Shown here: positions 18,817 to 27,217 of the stretch, one piece after another
How the letters are laid out: every line of letters begins with the position of its first letter
Numbering within the stretch: the first letter of the stretch is position 1
IMG/VR virus record: IMGVR_UViG_3300050343_000182
DNA: 64,000 nucleotides
Strand: one strand, 5' to 3'
Source: a virus
Made by a program: the position numbers and the translations under genes
Notes under the pieces: generated by a model
The model's database searches: none
The model's input: the letters and a program-made list of their open reading frames with translations, nothing else
Told to the model about the DNA's origin: nothing

Positions 18817-19007
18817 CCCTACTGCACGATAGTCTTGAAAACTACTATAAGACAAACTTTGCCTTGATGCAGCACCACAAGTATTCGCTAACAGAATTAG
18901 AGAATATGATACCGTGGGAACGTGATGTATATGTGAATCTTCTCCTCGCACACATTGCTGAGGAAGAAAGAAGACAAAACCAAGATCAGTCACGCATGTC
19001 CCTCTAA
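18810..19007 (+). CDS. gp51: gp51-like hub assembly segment, probably the -1 extension of gp26
   Basis: RIALLHDSLENYYKTNFALMQHHKYSLTELENMIPWERDVYVNLL...; first ATG only at 18867 with no SD; absent from track. Confidence 0.85.
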   Translation, partial: RIALLHDSLENYYKTNFALMQHHKYSLTELENMIPWERDVYVNLLLAHIAEEERRQNQDQSRMSL

Positions 19008-21019
19008 TGGCAGCAATCCGCAGTTTCATAAAAATTCAACCGATAACTGGTAAGTCAGGTATCGCTCAAAACATGGATCAGGTGCGTAAGGGCATCAATC
19101 GCATGGGGAGCGTGACGGATGGCATTGCCAAGAGTTTTTATGATACTACTGAGCTTCTAAAGTTTGAGAAAGAGTATCTTACAGACACTTCCAAGACAGA
19201 AGTCACGACGATTAAGAGGAAAGATAAGAAGGATAAGACCAAGTGGACTACATCCATGCGGGATTTCCGAAGAACTTTCCGAAAAAAGAAACGTGGTAAA
19301 TTAGAAGACGAAGCAGAGAAGGGCGTAGAAGAAGGCAAAGAGGAAGGTAGGAAGGCAGTTGAGAAGCAGAAACCCAAGTTAAATATGCTTGGTGGACTTT
19401 TCAATGGTCTATTCAAAGTCTTCAAATATATGATTATATTTGGAGCATTAAACTGGTTAAGTAACCCCAAGAATGCTGAGAGTGCCGTAAAGGTATTCAA
19501 GATACTATTCACGATAGGTAAGTTTGCATTCAAAGTTACTAAATTTGGGGTTGGTCTGCTCCTTGATGGACTGACTAATGTAATTGGTAATTTTAAGGAA
19601 GAAGGTCCGATCAGACGTGCATTCCGAGGCATACTCGGAGTCGTGCAACTGATGGGTGGTCTTGCTGCGCTTAGGACAGCACAGTATCTGATCATGCCTT
19701 GGAAGTTGATGAAGGACGTTAATCGTCTGAGAATGATCTTCAACATGTCCAACCAGCAGTCTGCAGAGCAGGATGCTAACCAGAAGGTAAGAAAGAGCGG
19801 GTTTAGAGATAAGAAGACTGGAGTTATCTACTCCAAAGAAGAATACGAAGCGATGAAGAAGTCTGCCGCAAAGGCAGAACGCAAGAATCCTGGTGCTGGC
19901 AAAGCATTTGAGGATAGATTTGGCAAAGAAAGTCGTTTCTCTAAATTCAAAGGTAAAGCATCTGCAGCACGCAAGAGATTTGGTGCTGGTGCTAACAAAG
20001 CATTTGGTAAGCTCGGCGGTAAGTTAAACGTCGGCATGAGCGTCGTAGGAGGCGCTGGAAGGATCGCAGCAGGTCTTGCAAGCGGTGAGAAAGCATCCTC
20101 TGCTGTTGGTGCTGGTGTCGGTCAGGGTGTTGGTGGTTTAGTTGGCGGTATCGCTGGCACAGCACTCCTAGGACCCTTCCTAGGACCCTTTGCACCTATC
20201 GTTGGTAATGCGATCGGTAGTTTCTTAGGTGAGTGGGTAGGTAAAGAGTTAGGTCCGATCATGGAACCTATCTTTGGACCTATTGGTAAAGCATTTAAGA
20301 TGATGTTTGAGGTGGTCAAGATGACCATCGGACCTCTCTTCCAACAACTCGCTGAGCCCTTAGGGTTAATATTTGGTTTCATAGGTCAACTTGGCAAAGT
20401 CCTAATGGATGCTGCTAAGATTCTCGGAGACTTCGCTGGGTTTATCTTCGGTGGAATGATGGATGCCATTGGTGGCACCGTCCAATTTGTCGTCAATAAT
20501 GCCAAGCGTCTGATGAATCCTGCCTCTGTGGCAGGTGGTATTGCTGATGCGTTGACATTCAACCTGTTTGACTTCGACAAAGAGAATAAGAAGGCAGCAG
20601 GCGGTCCTGTACAGATGGCAGCGGGTGGTGCTCTACAGTTTGGTAGTCACCCTGACATGCTGGGCATGGTGGGTGGTCTCTACCTCAAGACCATAGTAGG
20701 ATCATTTGGTGCATTTGGATTTGTTGGTAATAAAGTAAAATCTGTCCTAGCACCTGACATTCAAAAGATTGCTGGTGGACTAGGTGTGCAGGTCAGTACT
20801 GGTGGTGGTGGCACTGCTGGTGGTGGCGTAAGTAATAGTGTACAATTCCAAGCAACTCAGACTGAAAAGAAAAAGGCTGAGGCAGTCAAGACTTTCGCCT
20901 ATAAAGAGAATATTTACAATGCGATTGATAAGGGGTTAAACAAACTACTCATCAGTGGTATCAAGATCTTCGATCCTGCATTGGCAAAGCAGATTGAAGA
21001 GAAGAAAAGCGGTGGGTAG
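19007..21019 (+). CDS. Baseplate hub/tape-measure-like protein A, first frame
   Basis: Basic coiled-coil N-terminus, Gly/Ala-rich hydrophobic repeats, KAAGG motifs; stops at GGG TAG. Confidence 0.7.
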   Translation: MAAIRSFIKIQPITGKSGIAQNMDQVRKGINRMGSVTDGIAKSFYDTTELLKFEKEYLTDTSKTEVTTIKRKDKKDKTKWTTSMRDFRRTFRKKKRGKLEDEAEKGVEEGKEEGRKAVEKQKPKLNMLGGLFNGLFKVFKYMIIFGALNWLSNPKNAESAVKVFKILFTIGKFAFKVTKFGVGLLLDGLTNVIGNFKEEGPIRRAFRGILGVVQLMGGLAALRTAQYLIMPWKLMKDVNRLRMIFNMSNQQSAEQDANQKVRKSGFRDKKTGVIYSKEEYEAMKKSAAKAERKNPGAGKAFEDRFGKESRFSKFKGKASAARKRFGAGANKAFGKLGGKLNVGMSVVGGAGRIAAGLASGEKASSAVGAGVGQGVGGLVGGIAGTALLGPFLGPFAPIVGNAIGSFLGEWVGKELGPIMEPIFGPIGKAFKMMFEVVKMTIGPLFQQLAEPLGLIFGFIGQLGKVLMDAAKILGDFAGFIFGGMMDAIGGTVQFVVNNAKRLMNPASVAGGIADALTFNLFDFDKENKKAAGGPVQMAAGGALQFGSHPDMLGMVGGLYLKTIVGSFGAFGFVGNKVKSVLAPDIQKIAGGLGVQVSTGGGGTAGGGVSNSVQFQATQTEKKKAEAVKTFAYKENIYNAIDKGLNKLLISGIKIFDPALAKQIEEKKSGG

Positions 21020-21641
21020 TGTCTTCAAAGCACACCCATACGATCAAAGATCTGGTGTTGCCCACACATATCTAAGAAATAGTCAGGGTATTGGCATGAG
21101 TATTGCTGCCATGGGCGGCGATCCAGACTATTGGACTGTCCCTGTTAAGGATGTCCAGATTGAGGCTTTAGCGAAAGAGATTGCAAATGCTGCTAAAGCG
21201 TGGGGTTGGAGTGCTCATGATATTACTGTTAAGAATGTGATGACTCACGCTGAAGCAGCGTCTGGTAAAGATGGTCAACTACCTCGTAATGATAACTATG
21301 GTCCTACTATGTGGGGTGGTGATGGCACTCGATGGGACCTCTTACGTTTGACTAAGGGTGGTGAAGACGGATCAGGTGGTAACATCTTGCGTGCTAAGGC
21401 ACGCGGGTATATGGGTGGCGACTCCACTGTTAGGGAAACAGATGGTAGTACGTCCTCCTCCTCTAGTAATTCAGGTGGTGGTGGTGGTAGTGACAACCAA
21501 ACGCAGTCACCACAATCAAAACAAGATGCTAAAGATATAAAACCCGCAAAACCCAAGACTCTTGAAGAGATGCTGGAGGCATTCAAGACAGGTTTAACAT
21601 CTGCCTTGACAAAGATCAGCACCAACGTGCCCAAGAGCTAA
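21015..21641 (+). pseudogene. Second frame of hub protein A with partial amidase-like domain
   Basis: +1 frame: AHTYLRNSQGIGMSIAAMGG...QIEALAK...THAEAA...RWDL; no credible own start. Confidence 0.65.
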
Positions 21642-21915
21642 TCCTACTAAATCTGCAGAAGAACTCCCTGGAAACCCTGTTGCTACTAATCCAACAGTCT
21701 CCGCCCCTTCTGAGATTAAGCAGCTAGGATCTGTCCGAGATAAAGCTGTCAAGGATCTTAAATCAATTGGAGACAAAGCACAACGTGACGAGGATGCAAA
21801 CTTTCTCCCCGTTATTACAGAGCGTTTAGTAATACAAAAGGTCAGACAGACGATAAATACAAAAGGGAGCACTAGCGCAGTGTATACCAAACCTTCGCCA
21901 CTTCTCACTAAGTAA
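21631..21915 (+). pseudogene. Third frame of hub protein A (C-terminus)
   Basis: PRANPTKSAEELPGNP...PVITERLVIQKVRQTIN...PLLTK*; its TAA overlaps the next ATG. Confidence 0.7.
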
Positions 21916-24900
21916 TGGCATCACCAAAAGCACCATCAACTAAGGTCTCAAAACCAAAACTTTATAAGATGATATCTTATAAGGGCACTGGTGGTGGCAA
22001 GAAGTTTACGCCTCTTACTGCTGCTGATGAGTTAGGTAAGATTGTCAAGGATCAGAATAAAGCATTTAAGACTATCACCTCAGGTATGAATTCCTTGGGT
22101 GCATCTATGAACGGTATTGCTCTCCAAGTGGAGGCAATGACTCAAGCGATGAAGGATAGAGTCTCTGCTAAGATCAGAGGCGACAATATTACTAAGAAGC
22201 AAGAGGTTGCTGCAGATAAACTAGAGCAAACAAGAGAAAAGAAGAAGACTGCTGAAGAGAAGCGTAGAGAATTAAAGAAGAAGAGAGAAGAGTTAGAAAA
22301 TAAGAGCGAGAAGAAGGAAAAGAAGGCAGGATCTCAGGTAGTCCAGAATTTTAAGGAGGCAGCAAAAGGTGCCTTCGGTGGATTCCTTGGTGCTATTGCT
22401 AGATTCTTAGGTGGTATCTTTAAGATCTTCATTGCATTTGCTGCATTGGATTGGATCTCTAAGAATCCAGATAAGGTCCAGAAACTTGTAGAAGGACTTG
22501 CTGCTATTGGTAAGTTTGTCTGGAAGATAACGTCATTCCTAGTGGGGTCGGCGTTTGATGGACTGGTGAAGTTTATGGAGAATCCTATATCTCTGAAAGG
22601 GATTATAGGATTAGGACAGTTCCTGCTGTCTGCTGCTCCTATATTCCTGGGGATAGCATTCCTCAAGAATCCATTAGCGACTGCTAAGACTGTCGGATGG
22701 GTTGTCAGTAGTCTGATCAAAGGTATCCTAAACATTGGTAAGGCAGCGAAAGCTGGTGCCAAGATTAGGAAGTTTGCAGGCAGTAAACTCGGTAAGGGTT
22801 TGATTGCTGGTGGTCTAGGTGTTAGTGCATTCATAGGCGAGAAAGCTGCTGGTGCTAGCACTTCAGAGGCGGTTGGTGCTGGTGTAGGCACCGCTGGTGG
22901 TGCCATGGTTGGTGAAGCTATTGGTAGTAAACTCGGTGGTCCCCTTGGTGGGATGATCGGTGGTGCTGCTGGTGCATTCGTTGGCGGTAAAGCAGGTAAA
23001 GCAATCGGTGGGTTTATGGAACCCATCTTCAAACCAATCGGCAGATTCTTCAGCATGATTGGTGATGTCTTTAAGCAGGTGATGGCACCTATTAAAGATA
23101 ATCTGAGTGGTTTCTTTGAAGTCCTTGGGTCAGTAATGACTCAGGTGCTTAACTTCATCGAGCCTCACCTCCCAATGATCAGTAAGATCCTGGGTGTTGG
23201 CATCCAGGTCATGTTTGCTCCTCTATTCTTAGGACTCAAAGCACTGACTGCAGTGCTGAAATTCTTTGCACCTAAGACAGATGAGGTAGATAAGGAGAAG
23301 AGTAAGGCAGGTAAGGCAGCAGGAGGGTCCTTCCAGACCGCTAAGATGGTCCAACCTAAGATGGCATCTGGTGGGTCATTTAACCTGCAAGATGAGATGG
23401 CAAAGCAACTTCGCAAGACTGCGAAGGTTGCTAAAGCTTTCGGTCAGTTGATGCAACTCCCATTCAAAGCACTGGGTGTTGGCATTATGACTGCCATCGG
23501 TGGTATTGGTAAAGTATTCGGAGCATTCCTCCCTGCACCTATTAGGAACATGCTAGGTGCAATGATCGCACCTCTTGCTAAGATCTTTGGTGTATCAACT
23601 TCTGTTATTGGTGGTAGTGCTGCCAATAAAGAAGATATGAAGGGTGAGGATAAAGGAAAGGCAGCGAAAGATCCAGGAATGACCTGGGATGAGAAACTCC
23701 TAGAGGTTATCGCTGGTGATAATGGCACTATCGGACTATTAGGTAAACTATTCACAGCAATTGTAGAGCATCCCATCTTCAAGGGTGTGAAGGCAGTAGC
23801 AGGAGGTATCCTGGGTGCTGTTGGTAACTTCTTTGGATTCGCTCAAGGTGGTCAGGTGCCACAGTCGTTACCACAGAAGTCGATGGGTGGATGGATCTCT
23901 GGTCCTCAGTCTGGTTACCCTGTGTCACTAGATGGTGGTGCTAGCACGTCATTCATTGGTCATGGCACTGAGTGGGTTGGTATGAAAGGATTTGCAGGTG
24001 GTGGCGCATTTGTTGTGCCATTTGACACTCCTGCAACCAGAACTAATCCTGGTCTTACTCATCAGAGAATAGGTGAGGCATCTCGTGGTGGATACTCCAT
24101 GCCTTTCTCTAGGGGTGGATTCCTACCTCAGTTTGCTGATGGTGGTAAGTTTGACCCTGTAAAGTATAAGAAAGATAGTTTCCAAGCAAGTAGAGTTGTC
24201 CTAAATGACAAGTCATACTATGTAACTTATGGATATAATGAGGGTAATGTAACTATCAAGTCAATGTCCAAGAGGACAAAGGCAGGTAACTTATTTGGAA
24301 TGGGTGAAGAGAGAGCTGGTGTTAAACCAGACAGTGATGAATTTAAGGCAGTAATGAATTCAGGTGGTCTGAAGTCTGACATTGCCAATAGACATAAGAC
24401 CCAAGGCACGAAGGGGACATCTACAGCAGCAAATATCAAAGAGATTAAGATTCATCCAAAGGCAGATACAGCATACTGGTTTAATAAATCATTCCAAGAT
24501 CATAAAGCAGCAGGTGCTAGTAATCAAAATGCAGCGAGGGCAGCAACAGAGGGTTATCAGATTGACCCTGTAACTAAGATGTCAGTCAAACCTGGCGCTG
24601 ACAATGAGTTTGCAGCACCTGAGACTATGAAGGATGCTGTCGTAACCGATAAAGAACGTAAGGTAGAAGAGAAAGCAGCAAAGGATGCTGCTAAAGATAA
24701 GACAGACAAGAAAGGAGAATCTGCTGATGATATCATCGATAGACTCTTTGGTAAAGAAGTAGATGGTAAAAGAGATGGTGGGTTCCTTAAGAAAGGTCTT
24801 AAAGAATTAGATAAGGCTCTGCCTAAAAATACTTCTGGCACTAAAATGGAAGAGAGTCAGCAGAAGAAGGCTACAACTAAGATAGATACATTGAAGGCAA

Positions 24901-25085
24901 TGACCGCCCAACGTGATGCTGCAATGCAACCTTTTGTAACCAATAAAGAAGAAGCACCTATCATGGGTGGTGAAGATAATGAAATCATTGTCCCTGGTCT
25001 CGATAAGAATGACGCTGATGACTTCTTGATGCCTAAATTTGGTGTCCTCACTGAGTTTAATTCCACCCTTAGTAACTTAATGTAA
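21915..25085 (+). CDS. Baseplate hub/tape-measure-like protein B, 1056 aa
   Basis: Paralogous AVGAGVG..GG repeats; GGWISGPQSGYPV motif; late promoter GATAAATA at 21852. Confidence 0.75.
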   Translation: MASPKAPSTKVSKPKLYKMISYKGTGGGKKFTPLTAADELGKIVKDQNKAFKTITSGMNSLGASMNGIALQVEAMTQAMKDRVSAKIRGDNITKKQEVAADKLEQTREKKKTAEEKRRELKKKREELENKSEKKEKKAGSQVVQNFKEAAKGAFGGFLGAIARFLGGIFKIFIAFAALDWISKNPDKVQKLVEGLAAIGKFVWKITSFLVGSAFDGLVKFMENPISLKGIIGLGQFLLSAAPIFLGIAFLKNPLATAKTVGWVVSSLIKGILNIGKAAKAGAKIRKFAGSKLGKGLIAGGLGVSAFIGEKAAGASTSEAVGAGVGTAGGAMVGEAIGSKLGGPLGGMIGGAAGAFVGGKAGKAIGGFMEPIFKPIGRFFSMIGDVFKQVMAPIKDNLSGFFEVLGSVMTQVLNFIEPHLPMISKILGVGIQVMFAPLFLGLKALTAVLKFFAPKTDEVDKEKSKAGKAAGGSFQTAKMVQPKMASGGSFNLQDEMAKQLRKTAKVAKAFGQLMQLPFKALGVGIMTAIGGIGKVFGAFLPAPIRNMLGAMIAPLAKIFGVSTSVIGGSAANKEDMKGEDKGKAAKDPGMTWDEKLLEVIAGDNGTIGLLGKLFTAIVEHPIFKGVKAVAGGILGAVGNFFGFAQGGQVPQSLPQKSMGGWISGPQSGYPVSLDGGASTSFIGHGTEWVGMKGFAGGGAFVVPFDTPATRTNPGLTHQRIGEASRGGYSMPFSRGGFLPQFADGGKFDPVKYKKDSFQASRVVLNDKSYYVTYGYNEGNVTIKSMSKRTKAGNLFGMGEERAGVKPDSDEFKAVMNSGGLKSDIANRHKTQGTKGTSTAANIKEIKIHPKADTAYWFNKSFQDHKAAGASNQNAARAATEGYQIDPVTKMSVKPGADNEFAAPETMKDAVVTDKERKVEEKAAKDAAKDKTDKKGESADDIIDRLFGKEVDGKRDGGFLKKGLKELDKALPKNTSGTKMEESQQKKATTKIDTLKAMTAQRDAAMQPFVTNKEEAPIMGGEDNEIIVPGLDKNDADDFLMPKFGVLTEFNSTLSNLM

Positions 25086-26455
25086 TGGCAGACAATCAGT
25101 CAAGAGAATTCAAGTGTAATAAGATTACTCTAACTACACTCAGAGATGAGAAAGAGTATAACATTAAGGAGATGGTGGGAAACTTTCTCTACTATGAGTC
25201 TATTGAGGCACCATTTGTACGCATTGAGCTTACGATGATTGACTCTATTGATTTTAACTTGAATCTCCAGGGTGGTGAGAAAGTTGAAGTCAACCTAAAG
25301 ACCTTAGCAGCGGATGGTAAAGGCATCTTAAAGTTGGACTTCAAAGTCTATAAGATTGGTGACATCATCAAATCTGAGAGAGGACAGATGTATAAACTCT
25401 TCTGTTGCTCACCAGAGATGTATAACAATGAGTTGAATAAAGTTTTCAAAGCATTTGGTCCTATTGACGAGGGTTCATCTAAGGATGCTGAGAATATTCC
25501 CAAGTTTGTTACAAAGAAATACTTAAAAGCACCTAACAAGAGAGTTAAGGAAGAGAATTTTGAAGCACACTCTAGAGTTATGGTTGTATCTCCTAACTGG
25601 AGACCTGTGGACCTTATCTCATATGTCTCTGACAAGGTTACTAGGGTAACAGAAGGTAAGGGGAGCGAAAAGCAATCTGGATTCCTGTTCTTTGAAACTA
25701 ATAACGGATATAACTTTAAGTCTATTGACCTGTTGTGTAAGCAGGGGGTTACTTTTACATATACATACAAACAGCAGGGTCAACTAGAAGACGGTGACGC
25801 GGGGTATTACAATATTGAATCTATTCAATATCCCGATAAGGCAAACCATCTCAGACATATGAGACTGGGAACATATAAAACAGTTACCACTGGTATCTGT
25901 GTAACTATTCCTACCAATAGTAATGCCACACAGTCAGGTGCTAGTAACAATAAAAAGTCTGCACCCTCAGGCACGGTATATGGTGCTAGAGAGACTGCCT
26001 TTGATACTATCTTCGGAAGAGCTACGACCCTTCATAATGCACCCCCATTTGATATGCCTGAGGAGGTCAAGGGGGAAGGTGCATCTCCCACTAGACAGAA
26101 GATGAGAGTGATCCCTATGCTTGCCCATCAACAGGGCGACACAGGTAAACCGCAAGGAGATCCTGACAATGGGACTCAATCCTTCGACACATTGGCAGTT
26201 GCAGAATACGCAGCAGCTAGATATAATCTAATGAAAGCAATTCAGTTAACCATCACGGTACCTGGAAACACTGCACTCTGTGCAGGTGACATTATCAAGT
26301 TAGTCATACCTGGATCTCGCGAGAAGGGTAAGAGTGTTACCAAAGATAGGAAATTTAGCGGGAAGTATCTCATTGCTGCCCATACATTTACCTACACTAA
26401 GAAAGGTTGCACTTCTGAATTGCTTTTAGTTAGAGACTCAATTCCCAGCAAGTAA
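25085..26455 (+). CDS. gp27-like baseplate hub protein
   Basis: YYESI; GGEKV; FLFFETNNGYNFKSID; ITVPGNT; FSGKYLI; upstream of gp5. Confidence 0.75.
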   Translation: MADNQSREFKCNKITLTTLRDEKEYNIKEMVGNFLYYESIEAPFVRIELTMIDSIDFNLNLQGGEKVEVNLKTLAADGKGILKLDFKVYKIGDIIKSERGQMYKLFCCSPEMYNNELNKVFKAFGPIDEGSSKDAENIPKFVTKKYLKAPNKRVKEENFEAHSRVMVVSPNWRPVDLISYVSDKVTRVTEGKGSEKQSGFLFFETNNGYNFKSIDLLCKQGVTFTYTYKQQGQLEDGDAGYYNIESIQYPDKANHLRHMRLGTYKTVTTGICVTIPTNSNATQSGASNNKKSAPSGTVYGARETAFDTIFGRATTLHNAPPFDMPEEVKGEGASPTRQKMRVIPMLAHQQGDTGKPQGDPDNGTQSFDTLAVAEYAAARYNLMKAIQLTITVPGNTALCAGDIIKLVIPGSREKGKSVTKDRKFSGKYLIAAHTFTYTKKGCTSELLLVRDSIPSK

Positions 26456-26460
26456 CTGAA

Positions 26461-26688
26461 ATGGAAAGCATCGAAAAGCACATCCAAAAAGATAAAGAGA
26501 TCCTAGACAATCCTATGATCTCACCTAATCAACGTCGCCACATTGAAGGCGAGTTGCATGAATTGGAGGATTATGCTGAGCATCACAAGAAAGAGATTGA
26601 AGAAGGAGATCATCATGATCCCACATACCTAGAGCTCTTCTGTGATCAGAATCCTTCTGAACCTGAGTGTTTGGTTTACGAGGATTGA
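26461..26688 (+). CDS. cp12: CP12 Calvin-cycle inhibitor
   Basis: C-terminal LELFCDQNPSEPECLVYED. Confidence 0.88.
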   Translation: MESIEKHIQKDKEILDNPMISPNQRRHIEGELHELEDYAEHHKKEIEEGDHHDPTYLELFCDQNPSEPECLVYED

Positions 26689-26713
26689 CAAAGATCTAAT
26701 AATTTATTATAAT
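26685..26713 (+). promoter_or_regulatory. Consensus sigma70 promoter
   Basis: TTGACA-17-TATAAT. Confidence 0.88.
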
Positions 26714-26734
26714 AACCATGTAAGGGTTGAAGAG

Positions 26735-27196
26735 ATGAATAACTTTGAAGAGCTCTTATATGGGCACTATCGTAATAAACTGCAGGCACAGAGTAATCCC
26801 TCTCAATGGCCACAGATAGATATCAGGATTTGGCAAACATCATCTGGAATTTTTGAATCCAAATCCTGGTACAAGTATAAAGGTGAGAAAGAACCATATA
26901 ATTGGTTAAGGTATAGGATCACCGAGTTTACTGAGGATACTGTTAAAACAGATATCTATAACTACTTGAGCACAGAGGACAGTTGTCCTTTTATCTGGAC
27001 TTGGGATGGTAAATGGTGGACAGGTATTCCTGATGGTTGGTGTCAAGTAGGTAAGTTTTTAATCAAGTCTAGGATTCGATTCAACGGATTAGACTATAGG
27101 TCCTTGGATCAAGGATGGGATACTGAAACAGATAAACAAGCATGGGGTAAACCTGAAGCGGAAGGAGAATTCCAATTCGTATTACTCGATAAATAA
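26735..27196 (+). CDS. cpeT: CpeT/CpcT-type phycobilin lyase
   Basis: FEELLYGHYRNKLQAQSNPSQW; SLDQGWD...AWG...FQF. Confidence 0.82.
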   Translation: MNNFEELLYGHYRNKLQAQSNPSQWPQIDIRIWQTSSGIFESKSWYKYKGEKEPYNWLRYRITEFTEDTVKTDIYNYLSTEDSCPFIWTWDGKWWTGIPDGWCQVGKFLIKSRIRFNGLDYRSLDQGWDTETDKQAWGKPEAEGEFQFVLLDK

Positions 27197-27217
27197 TCAC
27201 ATAGAATTATTATTCAA

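Noticed and set aside
20955-21014. GTG-started ORF with ILHW resembling an amidase N-terminal HW motif
   Set aside because: Overlaps frame-1 coding (DPALAK), has no SD, and the spacing to the rest of the domain is too short; likely coincidence
21594-21908. 104-aa minus-strand ORF apparently filling a gap
   Set aside because: It is the shadow of the start-less plus-strand third frame of hub gene A
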